DNA of 57,593 nucleotides. It comes from Pelomyxa schiedti. Lineage: Eukaryota > Protista > Evosea. A program made the position numbers and the translations under genes. The first letter of the stretch is position 1. The number at the start of each line of letters is the position of its first letter. The stretch is taken from NCBI GenBank assembly GCA_020536535.1, contig JAHLWZ010000757.1, positions 1-57,593 on the forward strand, given 5' to 3'. Below the pieces are notes generated by a model. The model was not told where the DNA came from and searched no databases. It saw nothing but the letters and a program-made list of their open reading frames with translations. Below are positions 23,879-36,900 of the stretch, piece by piece.

Positions 23879-26397
23879 CTATGCCAAGGAGGCAGCAAGG
23901 TCCTTGAGCATGTTCTTTCTAGTATCAGCAGCGGCGTAGGAAAAGTGTGCGGAATCCCTGAGACACTCAAGTTCCGCGTTGACCACTGTTTATTATATTT
24001 ATGGGTTTTTGTTTGGTTAGTGGGTGAGGTTTAGGTGCAGAGGAGACAGGGTTTACGTTTTGTGAGCATCCACTCGCGGAAGTACTCGTTGGGTTCAAAA
24101 GCGTATTCTCTAGGAATCCTCGGTCCGAAGAGCTTGACATCTTCATGCATAACAACACACACTCTTTGAGGTGATTAATCATTTGTGGGGGAGTCACAGG
24201 GTTTACTTGAAGACAAGTTTCTTCTCCGGTGTCATTTTGCTTCGATCGGGACTTACAATAACAAATACTTCTGTAGGGTACTGAGTCCAATTTTGTTCTT
24301 GAGGGAAACAACACACGGTTGAAGTTTGATTTGATGCAACCAGCAGAGAATGGTGTATCACCATTCTGGAAAATAATAACAACAATATCGTTCCCAATAT
24401 GTCTCTTGCGCTCCACCTGTTGATATTAGAGGGAGTCGTGAAGTAGGAATATAACTGGTTGCCCAGTGCTTGTTTGAGGTAGCATAGTCGAAACATGGAA
24501 CATAATCTCCAGACCACGGAAATCGGTGTAAACAGATTGAGCTCCAGGCAAAGCCAAATCCAAACCACCGCGATACTTTTTCCATCCTTCCAGCTTTATT
24601 TTTTTCCCCAAGCAATTGAGGAATTCATCAAACTCCCAGCTTCCCGCATCTTCAGGTTTTTAATTTTCTATGAATGAAAATGAATGCAGTACCGTTAATG
24701 TACATGTCAGTTTCATTGGACCCCTGCCCTTGCTTCGCAAATATTATTCCAAACTTTAGCCGGCTGATAACCTACAATGTAGATTACAACAATCAGTTTC
24801 GATATAACCTTTCAAAACCAGCTTGTTCTCGAATTCATATAAACTATGTTCAATCGAAGCTTCTTTTATTGGTGCAAAGGCGTAATTGTCAAAATCGGGA
24901 CGGCATCGCTTCACAAATGACCGTATAGCATCAGTATGGCGAATTTCTCTCCGTGAGTTTTCAGTAAATTGAAGAATGCTTATTCCCTGTATGTGTGATG
25001 AGCTTTGGATCTCAATTGAAGTAAAACCTTTTTTCTGCGTGCAAGAACAGTACACAGATAGTCATCATTTTTTTTCTGTACTTTGACGGAAAGGACGCAT
25101 GGAGCATCTTTGGTATCTGGTGCTTTGGCCACATAGTTCACGTGATCTCGTCCACAGAACAGATCCAAGTAGTACCGTGTAATCATAACAGGTTCGATCA
25201 GAAGAAGGGGTCTTGGAAGATACTCTGCCAAATCTGGAGTGCCAACTTCAACTTTCCATCCACTTTTTTTTTTTTGATGGAAATAGACACGAAGCTTGAG
25301 ATATGAAAAGTGGGAGGTGAAGAACACGCTAACCTTGTTGGAACAGCCAAAAGACCAGGTATGGCGCCAGCACCAGGAAGAGTTCCGAGTTCATCATAAT
25401 TACAGAACTGGTAGTTCAAATGTTAGAAATCCTTTGTAGTCATCGTTTTACAAAAAAGTTCGGTAAGGGAAACACACAGTTCTGTGGGAAGGTCCCTAGT
25501 TAATGTGAATGAGTGACCATCAATTATGGAAAGAGAGATACTTGGAGGGCTTTTAAAACTTGAGCTTCGTGTTTCTTGGCTAGAGCTCTACTTAGTGTAC
25601 CCTTGAGGGATACAGGTAAGGCCAACGAAGCAGGGTTGATGCTCACTAAGAAAGAACGTGAGGAATGCAAAGTGAATTGGAGTGCAACTTTCGGAATCGG
25701 GGAAATCTATGAGAAGAACACGTAAAGATTTACAAAGTTTGCCACTCTCAACAATTTTGTTGTAATTCTTAGTTCCCTGTATCCCAGCACCTTATTTGTA
25801 TTTCATTAGGGTACTGATTGAAAACGCGGAAATTTAAACAGCGTGACTTACATAGTAATCCTACTTTAGACACCAATTCTATGAGTAATTCGTCGAAAAC
25901 ACTACGGCACCTCTCAACACGGTTCATTTGATCCAAGGGTTTTGTAGGAGGGGGAATTACAAGATCGGGGTGTGCTGGGAATTCGAGCAATTCCTGGGTG
26001 GGAATTGGTGAAAACTCGAGGAAATTTGAGCCAAACGAAACCTTGGAAGCTTTGACAACTTGATCGAGCTTTGGTTTGACAGCAATTACCTGCTCATCAG
26101 TGTTTACAGCTTTAAGCTCCATCCTGAATCTCTCCAGTTTTCCCTCAAGCTTTGCTGCATAGTAAAAAGGAATGTTAATGATGATTGTGCATCGGTATTG
26201 TCATTCGTTAAAGACGTTAGTTCTATGGTCACATGCACCCCATAATCGACGAACGAAAAAAAAAAACCTAGAGAAGACATTGTGATCTGTTTAATCTGCG
26301 CCAGTTTTTCCTCAGGCGATTCGCCGGGGACCGTTTCGTCCAACGGCTGAGCCGCCGCAGTTGCACTCGAGGTCGTCGAAGTAGACACAGCAGCCAT
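23879..26397 (-). CDS. Rap/Ral GTPase-activating protein (RapGAP domain), multi-exon
   Basis: [78 protein letters not shown]; stop at 23879-23881. Confidence 0.92.
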
Positions 26398-26763
26398 CAC
26401 TTAGCAAATGAGAATTGTGGGCTTGTCTTGGCCTGCCGGGGGTACTCTTTTCCCAACACACGGTCCCTTCTTTTTTTTGCGTTTTTCTCCTTGCGATCTC
26501 TTGCGTTTTCCACGAACTCGGTGAATGATAGATCTGTGCGATGTGCTAATTCTCAGAGCAAGTGGTCACCTCTCGAGGAAGCGTGACCCCTTTCTGAGTC
26601 TCATCAACCTGTCAATCTGCCACAGCGAGGAAGTAAATCCCCGGCGACGCTTCACACGAAAGTGAATCTCGAAAAACAAGAAAAACAAAAAAATAAATCG
26701 AAGTAGTACGCGTCGTAGGTCTGTGGTGTAGAAGACAAGCGTTTGCCCGTAATCGATCTCAAC

Positions 26764-29700
26764 ATGTCAGACAGTCACCACAAGCATCACCGTTCCAAGT
26801 CCAAACGCGACAATGAACCGAACGAGGCCTCGTTCGTTGTCGACCGCCACGAATCGTCGCACAAGAGCAAACACGGCGAGAAACAGAGGGACAAAGGCGG
26901 CACCAAAAAAGGCGAAAGAGAGCGAGATCGCGCATCGTTCTACGCGTATGGAGGCGAGGTCACCGGTGGTTACCCCGCGGAGCTACAGGAGCAGTTTGAC
27001 ATGTCACCTCCGCCCGCATCTTCCAAGCACAAAAAAATGCGGTCTGGTTCTGGCGATATCAACAAGGCACCTCCTGGCAACATGTTTGTTGCCACAGGCA
27101 CAGGGGACAGCGATTCCGGAAAGCGCCATCACCGCCGTCAAACTATGCAGAACCTGCCACCACCGGCCCAACCGGAGCATCACAGGCGAAATTCGTCGCA
27201 CAATCTTCGCCATTCTGCTGGACACGACGATCAGCAGCCTCCCTTCGACCCACAGCAGCAACAGCAGTACCTACCTACTTATATGCAACAACAGTACTTC
27301 ACCCCACCAGCGTTTCCGCCAGCCCAATTATTGATGGAGGGTCCCATGTACATTGTTGACACCAGTACTTTTTCTGTGGAAGCCATCTGGTGTTTCTTGT
27401 ACTCACAATACTTTATTTGTTACTGGGACCAGGAGGTATGCTCTTTGTAGTAGATAATCTTAATGAGAGGCTTAAGAATAGAAACTTACCAAGTGCAGGG
27501 TACAGTTCCTGTGGTGACCTTACTTCTCTCGGATATGACCATTTACTTGGATTCAAGGCCGCAATACTCTAAATTATTCTCTTTGGTTACAAGAGACACA
27601 AATTTACTTTATACGTAAGACTACAATAAAGTGAAATCCCATTTACAACCCTAGATTCAAATGTGACACCCACTCAATCAAAAACAAATGGGTTGCTGCT
27701 ATAGAAGAGAATATAGCGTTATGCGTCCAGGCTCTTGAGGAGCACAATGCAAATCTGTTGGCCATGACAGAACAATCTACGCACTCCAAGAAGTATTACT
27801 TTTTTTTTTCTTATTTTCAATGTTAACGATCCCAGCAGAGTCCGTCCAAGGCGGCACTCTTCTGACAAGAATTTGATGATGTTGCCAAAAACCCCTCCTA
27901 TTGGATACCATACTATGTCATACCCTGCGGCACCTACTACTGTACATCAGCTATCCCAACCCCGTCACCTTCATCGCAATCCGGTGGCTATGCCTATCTA
28001 TTCTGATTTGAAAAAGAGTGGTGGAGATCAGAGACCTCCAGGCCCATACGCTGAAAATAGTGTTGATTCTACTTCCACAGATGAGGAAGGTCAAAACCCC
28101 CTTTCCAGCAGCGAAAGTAGCACTGATGAGGAAGATCTACATTTGCGTGAGGTTATGAATGAACTCTCATCAACTAAGGCATATAACAAACTTTTGCAAT
28201 CATTGAGATCCCCCAGCAAGCGGAATTCCGCCACTATCGCTGCTGCCGCTGCTGTGGTCGAGGTAGTTAAGGGTGTGGCTTCAGGATGTACTGATTCTTC
28301 TGAAATTCGTGCTCCATCTACACACCACAGGAGAAACAGCACTAAGGGAATGGCTATCCCTACAACGGCCACTGCAACTATCATAACACCCTCAGTAATA
28401 ACAGGTGCTGTCACCCCTTCAGTAGATAAGAGTGCTTCTGTATCAGATCCTAGTAAGGCATGTGAAGGTGACCCCGGGACAAGCAAGACCAACTCCAAAT
28501 TGGAAACATGTGGGATAATTGAAACCAAGACACAATCCTCTGTGCATATTACGGATCCAAATGCCATTACTTCTTCTCATTCATCTTCTTTTACCACCAA
28601 GCCAGTAGTTCAAGTACAAGAATCCTCTTCTTCTCTTCAACCGTTGCAAGTAAAGAGTTCATCAAAGTCTGACTTGCGCGTGCAAGACAAAAAAACATTT
28701 GAAGTTACCAGCTCTACTCCACCTGTTCTCGCGCAGTACAGTTCAGACTCGGAGTCAACTTCATCTTATTCCAGTTCCTCACGTTCTGACTCAAGTAAGT
28801 CTCTTAAGAAGCCTATAACCACTTTGTCCGAGTCTTCATCTCGTTCCTCGTCTCCTGCCCAACGGCAACCTGGAACGAACCCAGATGAAGGGTCATCACA
28901 AACCAGCCTGCAATCTTCTTTTCCTCGTGGTAGTAACTCTTCAAAGCGGAGTTCATCGTCCAGTTCAGATTCTTCATCGCCTGCACCAATTAAAGCCTCT
29001 TCTTCCAAGGAAAAACTAGAGCTCTCACCAAAATTGACCCAGAAACAACCTACACAAAGGTTATCAGTAACATCTGCTATGTTCTTCACTTCACCCCCGT
29101 CTCCTCCAAAAATATTCCCTTCACTGAAACCAACTTCTGACAAAATTGAATCACTTGTTCCCTCTAGAGACACTGAAGTTAGTAAACCCATTTCTTCCAA
29201 GGAGGGGAAGCCAAATGGTACTCTCCCCACTGGGGAGATTATACACACTGATGACACCACACACAAGACACCTAAACCTGTCCCAGCACCACTTCCCAAA
29301 CCTCCACCGAAGTCCCCGATATCACCTCGAGGCTCTTCACCCTTTAGAGAATCACCTACCAGCACATCTCATAATTTAGTTAAAGCTGCCAATTCTATGA
29401 ATATCCCCTCCTGTTCTACTACACCCACTCAGTTACAAGAAACATCTACCCCAACAAGCTCTCCGGAAACAGTAAAGACGTCTGAAGCACTACAAGCTAC
29501 AATTCTATCAGGAACTCCTTCACAGGTACCAGAGCCAGTAACAATACCTACACCAATGCTGAATGTAAAGCAGTCAGTAACTGCACCGCAAAACCCCACT
29601 CGGGCTGATTCTATTTGTGTGGGCCCAATTCCAACTGAAGTGGTGATCCAGCCTACACTGCATCCTATAGTCACTAATAAGCAAGTGGAAACCCCAGCTC

Positions 29701-31457
29701 AGATAAAATCAAAACAAACACCACTTCTACTGGAACCACCAATACCTGAGGTGACAGCAACATCAGCTCCAACAGTTAAATCAAATATGCCTTCTTTGGA
29801 CCAAGTTCCAGCCCCAGACTTGACAGTAACTGCTCCTTTAACAGTGACAGCAAGTCCAACACCAACACCTGCCACACCAGCAATCCCAACTCCTTCCCAA
29901 TTTGAAGCGCCCACGCCAACGCCATCACAAGTACAACCACCAGCACCAGCACCAACACCAACACCAGCACCAACACCAGCACCAGAACCAGAACAAAAAC
30001 CAACCCCAACCCCAACACCAACACCAGAACCAGAACCAAAACTGAAACCAAAACCAACTCCAGCTACAACACCAACACCAACACCAGCTACAACTCCAGA
30101 ACCAAAACCAGCGCCAACCCCGATACAGTCCCCGGCTCACACAGCATCGTTAGGTCTAACCGTTCCCACTCCAACACCCGAACCATACCCAGTGCCAACG
30201 CCAACGCCAACGCCAACGCCAACGCCANNNNNNNNNNNNNNNNNNNNNNNNNNNNNNNNNNNNNNNNNNNNNNNNNNNNNNNNNNNNNNNNNNNNNNNNN
30301 NNNNNNNNNNNNNNNNNNNNNNNNNNNACCAGCGCCAACCCCGATACAGTCCCCGGCTCACACAGCATCGTTAGGTCTAACCGTTCCCACTCCAACACCC
30401 GAACCATACCCAGTGCCAACGCCAACGCCAACGCCAACGCCAACGCCATCGTCAGCTCCTACTCCAACTCCAACTCCAACTCAAGCACCGACACAATCAC
30501 CAACACCAATGGAAGCGGCGGCAGTACCACCACAACCAACATCAACTCCAACACCAGCACCAGTGCCAACCCTGGCCGCAACAATAGAAACAGTCCAAGC
30601 AATAACTGCAGTACCAATACCAACCGTAGTACATACAGAACCAGCATCAGTGGCCGTAATTCCAACTGTATCGCTTCCCCCTATATCCACAGTATCACCA
30701 CTAGAGACTACACCAACCGCGCCTACAGCACCAAAAGAAACAGGGCCTAAACTATCTCCGACACTATCTGCATCGGAACCAAGAACGCCAGCATTAATAC
30801 AACTATCACTTACATCCCCAACACAAACCAATATAGAGACACAAAACCCTGAAACATCAACCCTCCAAACAGTACAAATGCCAGCACTAAAACTGAGCTC
30901 GACAGAGGTTGCCCTTGCCCCTGTTGTACTGGAATTGACTATGACCTCTTTGCCAATTATGGAAACAATCACACCTCAAGACATAAAAGCCTCTTCCGCC
31001 TCTTCCGTAACAACTCCATCACCTGTTCCTCCCATTAATTTTGGTGCGTCTAAACAGGCAACACCAGTTTCCAAGTCCTCTTCCTTCTGGACTTCATTTA
31101 GTTCTTATGACCCTGTAAAGAAGACGGCTTCACCCAGTGTTGGGGGTCCAAAATTAACCAGCACGCCAACTCGTACCCAAGTCTCCAGTTTATCACGGAC
31201 AATTGGTGGGGCAAGTCCGCTTCCCACAACAAAAAAAGAGACTACAGTAACCACACCAGCAACAAATGCTCCCACTGATAGTGGTAGGCTATCTGGACTT
31301 GTCTCCAAGAATAAGCAACTATTTGAAGGATCGGTATGTCTTTTCCCGTTCCCAATCCTACACAATCACTTATACTGTACAGGGACCTGTGCCTCCTCCA
31401 TCATTCCAGTTTAAGAGAGTGAATTCGGGCATCAACACTCCCACCAAAAAGCTATAG
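26764..31457 (+). CDS. PH-domain protein with a very long Ser/Thr/Pro-rich disordered tail
   Basis: Spliced [54 protein letters not shown] fits PH topology. Followed by about 3.4 kb of low-complexity coding sequence (one gap); the last exon ends at TAG 31457. Confidence 0.75.
29860..30520 (+). repeat. Coding hexamer-type repeats (CCAACA/CCAGCA/CCAACG)n encoding (PT/PA/PE)n
   Basis: Direct reading. The assembly gap 30228-30327 lies inside the CCAACG run. Confidence 0.9.
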
Positions 31458-31574
31458 GATTCCATAATTTTTTGTATACGGTTTTCCACACCAACTTAAC
31501 ACTACAAAAACCAAAATAAAAAAACACATTTGTACCAATGTATCAATTCAAAAGGCTGTTGTCTTCCACATCCA

Positions 31575-33005
31575 TCACTTGACCACTGGAAAATATTCCA
31601 TAATTAAAAAAAAAAAAAAGGCATAAACAAACCTCATGAGTGTATCCACATCTTCCTCGTCCACTTCATCGTCACTGTTGTAGACGGGGTTTGCTTCTTG
31701 CTCAATGGTATTCCGGCACCGAAGCTTCATAATAGTAAGTGGTTTGTGGTGTTTTGTTGCTGCTGATATTGGCCGGCAGCATTGAATTACTGCTTGGTCA
31801 TTTGAGGGGTTCGTATCCTCATCATAAAACACAATTGTGTCAGCGGCACTGAGGTTACACCTGGGTGGCCTGCAGGTTCTGGTTGAGGCCAGGCACAGAA
31901 ATACTGAGAGGTTATTGTTGAAGAGGGCACATTTTGAAGTGTAGCTGGGGGTTGGGGTGCTGCCATCGATCCTCACATAGAAGAAGAACTCCATAGAAGA
32001 GAACATTTCGAGAATGTCGAGAACTGCAGGGAACTGGGTGCAGACGACTACCTTCCGCCATCTGACTTTGAGAGGACGTAAGATACGGGAAAGAATGCGC
32101 AGCTTGGCGGAGGTGTGAACAAAGCTCCATTTATCAGGAAAACACAGCTTCAATCTCACAGCGAATGGGTGGAACATGTTTTGGAATTCAACAAGAGGAG
32201 CCGGTGCTGTAGGTAGTAAGCAGTGCGGTTGTGTTTGTGCCTCACCAGAGCGTACTACAACCTGTATCATTGCAGGACCTCGACTAATAGCTGCCGGAAC
32301 AGCAAAAATAATCTTACTCAGAGGAATATACCCTTCAACAATATCAGCCAAGGACTTGAACAGTAAATCAGATCGTGAAGCTTGTGAGAATGGCTGTTCG
32401 TGCCGGTTCGACACACGTATGAACTCTTTTGGAACGAGTTCAGTTATTCCATTATGGGTCCGTGCCGTGCATACGCCGTCCCATAATTGCTCCGTGATAA
32501 AGCAAGGGGCAGAAGGCCAAACCCCCCAGCTCAAAGTCCCATAAGTACAACACGGCACTAGCCCCCGGACTCCGCAATGATGGTGGTGCCGATGCTTCAA
32601 GATGGCACTAACGGCGATTATTCCAACTGTCTGATCACAGACCACAGGGGAGCGAATAGTCTCAGGGACAAAAAGGGCCGGGTGATTGCACACTTTTCTG
32701 AGCTGCATCAATGCGTTGAGCTGCGAGTGCGTCGCGAGCTCCCGGGTGCCAGCCACGCCATTGTGGGACGGGATAGTGATGGGTGGGCAGGAGTTGTCCA
32801 GCGCCTGCACAAACTCCTCATACAAAAATCGTTGCTTTGGCGTGAGACGGCACCAGACAACGATTGAGTTGAGCATGAACGCCGATTCGACAGTTGTGAT
32901 TTCTTGGAAATCGGGATTACCGTTCACGGTCCCCACTCTCTCCCCAATGTCTGGCCCAGACCAAAGGGCGCACGAAGAGAATTCCCCTTTGCTCCAGAAG
33001 CACAT
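31575..33005 (-). CDS. Stand-alone, degenerate SWR1/INO80-type SNF2 helicase C-terminal lobe with insertion; no ATPase lobe 1
   Basis: WCRLTPKQRFLYEEF, LMQLRKVCNHPALF, about 170-aa insert, SAKLRILSRIL, TQFPAVLDILE, YVRIDGST, NLSAADTIVFYDEDTNP, NTIEQ. Motifs V and VI are altered; no Walker A or DEAH upstream. Confidence 0.8.
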   Translation of the reverse strand: MCFWSKGEFSSCALWSGPDIGERVGTVNGNPDFQEITTVESAFMLNSIVVWCRLTPKQRFLYEEFVQALDNSCPPITIPSHNGVAGTRELATHSQLNALMQLRKVCNHPALFVPETIRSPVVCDQTVGIIAVSAILKHRHHHHCGVRGLVPCCTYGTLSWGVWPSAPCFITEQLWDGVCTARTHNGITELVPKEFIRVSNRHEQPFSQASRSDLLFKSLADIVEGYIPLSKIIFAVPAAISRGPAMIQVVVRSGEAQTQPHCLLPTAPAPLVEFQNMFHPFAVRLKLCFPDKWSFVHTSAKLRILSRILRPLKVRWRKVVVCTQFPAVLDILEMFSSMEFFFYVRIDGSTPTPSYTSKCALFNNNLSVFLCLASTRTCRPPRCNLSAADTIVFYDEDTNPSNDQAVIQCCRPISAATKHHKPLTIMKLRCRNTIEQEANPVYNSDDEVDEEDVDTLMRFVYAFFFFLIMEYFPVVK

Positions 33006-33176
33006 CCTCTACCAATCACACGTTTCGTTGATGATACAGACTTGGTTTTTGATTGTGATGGATTGGCACTTGGTGTTGTGCGGGCCGCAACGTGAATTCG
33101 CACCGTTGGCTGTTTGTGACAACGAAGCGTCGTCCCATAAGTCCAAGGCTGTAGGCCGCGGCGGCACCACAAAGCA

Positions 33177-33822
33177 ATGCCGGGGCTCCGTGTCATCAAA
33201 TTACGAGGCACCTGCCATTGCTCGTGTGCGTCCCATAACACCCTTTTTTTCCCCCTGAGTTGCTACGACTTTTTTCCCAAAAGTGTGGTAGTACTTGAGT
33301 TAGTTGTTCATTCTCCTTTGGGTGTTCTTTTTATTTTTTTAAAATCTTCTATTATCCAACTCTTTGAATAGAAGATGAAGCTACGAAGGAAAACGCGGTC
33401 CAAAAAAGCACCTCATACACCCAAGCCCGTATCTATTGTTGATAAGCTAATGGCCATGATGGGCGATGCCTTTCAGCCACCAGATAGAACCAAAGAAGAA
33501 CAGGAAGAAGATAGTGGAGTATGTATGTCTCTTTTTTTTTTTTTTGGCTCTTTAAAACCCACTGTACATATACCTCTTGGGTTGTTTTCCAACAACGCTT
33601 ACACATATTCTTCCTCCTCCAAAACAAAAAAAAACCCCACAGGAAATGGATGAAGAGTTGCTACGAAATACAGCAATCAATTCTCTTACTCACGGCCCCG
33701 CACCAACTGCAAAACAGATCAAGGAAAAAATGGAAGAAATACAGGCACTTAGCATAGCCACAGTGGAACAATGTAAATTCTACAGAAACCTCGATGTCAT
33801 TCTGAAATCCATGGGCCGTTGA
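33177..33822 (+). CDS. Small hypothetical protein, multi-exon; start uncertain
   Basis: Exon-like ORFs KMKLRRKTRSKK..EEQEEDSG and QEMDEELLRNTAINSL..LKSMGR* separated by T-rich GT-AG introns. Confidence 0.5.
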
Positions 33823-33941
33823 CATCAACATTTCCCGCACCAATCGGTCATACCCCTGTTGTTTTTGTGTCTAGAAAGAGGAATAAGAAGGAAAAAACAC
33901 AGATTTTGTTTAAAGAAATAATCAAACATGGTTTTTGTGCT

Positions 33942-36900
33942 TTAGAAGTTTGGTATCTCTTCCTGATTGGTGGTTTCCAAAGGTGTGTGGGTGCTGTTGT
34001 GGGTTTCCACATTTTGGGGTTCACTGTGCCCTGCATCAGTGATGGCTGTTGCTGTTGTGGGTGTAATGATTGGTGCAAGTTCAGATGCGCCGGTGGTGGT
34101 TAAAACCTCCTCTGAAGTATTTGCACTCTGTTGTGGTACTACTGTATCTGTATCTGCAGTGTTTGGATTGTTGCCAGTGCTGTTGCTGATGCTGATGCTA
34201 TCCTCAATGTTGTTGGTGCTGGTTGCTGCTGCTGTTGAGTTTTCTGCTGCTACTGTTGTTGTGGTTGCGATTGCGATGGCGATTGTGTCAGTGGTATTTG
34301 TACTACTGTGTGTTGTGTCTGTGGGAGCTGTGTCAATGCTGTTGGTTTTGTCTTCGGTTACTGTGGTAGTGCAAGCAGTGACGGGTTCACTAGTTGCAGT
34401 GCCATTGGTTTCAGTTTGGGATATGTTGGAGTTTTCATCATCCTCTTTTGATGTGGCGGTGTTTGTGTTTGTGTTGGTTGGGATGTTCTCTGTGGCACTG
34501 CAATTGGAGACAGAAATCTGGAAAGTAATTAGACACAAGTTTTTGTGTATAAGATGAGAATGAGAGGGTACATTGTGACTTTCACTTGTCGTGCTTGTAT
34601 CTGTTGTTTTACTTGATGCTTGCTCAATTTGTACATTTTCTGCTTGTTCGGATTTCATTGCTGCAGAATTTTCTCTTGGATAAGGTGGTGGTGTAGTGGC
34701 AGCAGATGGTTGTGGCACCAAAGGTGAAACTGCTTTCGATGTAGAACCACCGGTTGATCGCCTTCGTTGTTGAGCCGGTGCTACACGTGTAACCAAGGCC
34801 ATAATCAAGCTGTACTCAAGTCCAGGGAAACCTTTGGCGGCATCGAAAGATGGGTCCTCAGAAAGATAAACAGGGAATGGCTCGTTTTTCACGACGGGTA
34901 TAATGTATATCTCTGGCGGTGGTGGTGAATTGGTTTGCTTGAAATCAATAAATCCAGCCCTAGGAAGGGTTTAATGCCGTATAATTAAAATTGAAGATAC
35001 CTGTTTCTGCCATGAAAATAGGTACACAATTCATTGAATACAGGAACATCTTTTTCAGACTCTGGGGCCAGCCTTATGAGTGTCCTCTTTCGTGATCCAC
35101 TGCTTGCCAGTTGTCCAATATAACTGAAATGGATTACTAGAGAAAGGCAGTCAAATTTTCACACGTGGTAAGTTTCTCAATATCCAATCTCCCAGTGATG
35201 GATAAAGTTTCTGCAAGAATTCCAGTAGATGTTGTAAGGGAGATCGGGGCACCAAGGAGATGATAGCCAATTACATTGAACTTTCCAATGCTCTGCTTGT
35301 TGATGCACCCACGCCAACATTCCTCTCCAATTTGTGGGGCTGTAAAAAAAAATTAGTGGCACAATGATGTATGACATTACCTTCTGTATAAATTACAGGG
35401 GAAAGAGATGGAGAAAGCTTGGTTTTTCTAGCTTGTGTGTCAGCATCACCATGTGCAGGGTCGGTACCTGCAACAGTGAGAATCAAATCAGCATTAAAAG
35501 CAAAGAAATATCACCTGAAGTTGGTTGGGCTTGAGGAGATTGGTGCTGGGAATTGTGACGTGGTTGTGAATGGGCATGGGGTCGCTGCTGTGCTGTATTG
35601 GAAGGTTTATGGCTAGATTGAGGTTTCTGTTGTTGTGGTTGTGTTGCTGCAGCTGCCTGCTGTGTGTGATGCGAGGGGACACTTTCTTCTCTATTTTCTG
35701 TACTTACAGGAGGCGGAAGTCTTTTGTGAGGGCGTCGAGCAACTTTAGGTGTACTAGGTGATTCATGTTGTACCTCAGCTTTAACTCCTGGTATTAAGTG
35801 AATACAATGCGGGTTTAGGAAAGAATTACCATGCTGAGTTTTTGAAGGTGATGATGGTTGCCTGATTGTGGGGGGTGAATCATCCAATACTGAGCCAGGT
35901 GGGACCCCATGCTGTTCTCGGATACTAAGTTCCAACTGAAAGGTTGTTAGGCCTGGTCCCCAAAATTATGGGTACTACCACTCCCACTGGCATCTCTTTT
36001 AGTTGTTGTCTTTTCATTAGTCTCTCGCCACGCTCTTTTTTCTTCTTGTCACTTTCTTCTTTTGCTTTGCATTTGGGACAAGTATACTCCGGCATCTGAC
36101 GAGCAAGAGGCTTAGTGAGCCCAACACACTCCAGATGGTACCATTCATCACAGCCGTCACAACATATCATAAACCTGTAGAGTAGGTAGGTAAAGTATGC
36201 AAGAAAAACAAATAACTATGAGCACCTTCCATCATATTTCTGTCTGCACAAGCAGTACAAAGGTGCAGTGTGTCGATCTCTCAGATTCCCACTTCCACTA
36301 CTACTGCCTGCTCCATCATCAACATCAGCAGGGTCTACAGGTGCTACATTGCCAGCTTCACTTGCGGCTGGGACTCTTGCAACCCGTGTACTCTTGGCAG
36401 GAGTAGCCTTCCTGGCACGTTTTGTTGAAGGAGAAATCGGTGTAGAGGATGTCTTCCTTTTTTTCTTCCGTTTGCTTGTGGTGGAACCGCCTAGTTCAAA
36501 GTTTTCATCCTGTTCATCGTCATCTTCCTCACTATCATCTTCTTCATAGTTGTCATCCTTCTCATCTTCATCTTCCTCTTCGTGTTCAATTTCTTCATCT
36601 TCGTCACTGAGTACCGGAGTTTGCACTTTGGCGGTTCGGGATTTCTTACTTGGGCGATTCCTTTCAGGGGGTTTCCCAGAGGCAGCTTCTTTACTTGCTT
36701 CAGTTGATTCTCCATAAAATTCGTCATCAGCAATACCAGGGGAAGGTGACAAAGGGGATGGTGCAGAGTAATCATCTGTTCCAACTTCAGTTGGTACCTT
36801 CTCTGCTCCATCTTCACCACTGGGGGCATTGTCTCCAGAAATTTCACCTTGTCTCCCCTCGCTGGCATCTGCACTATCTTGGTTTTGATGTGATGATGCC

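Noticed and set aside
29776-30449. (LV)n, (WC)n and (WR)n ORFs, and a possible CRISPR-like array
   Set aside because: Alternative frames of a coding hexamer microsatellite; there are no unique spacers and no cas genes.
33005-33942. SNF2 lobe 2 as the 3' part of the PHD-SPOC gene, with a nested antisense gene
   Set aside because: The PHD-SPOC frame ends in a stop at 33942 and I found no usable donor to bridge 900 bp. Introns here are short. Only cDNA could revive this idea.
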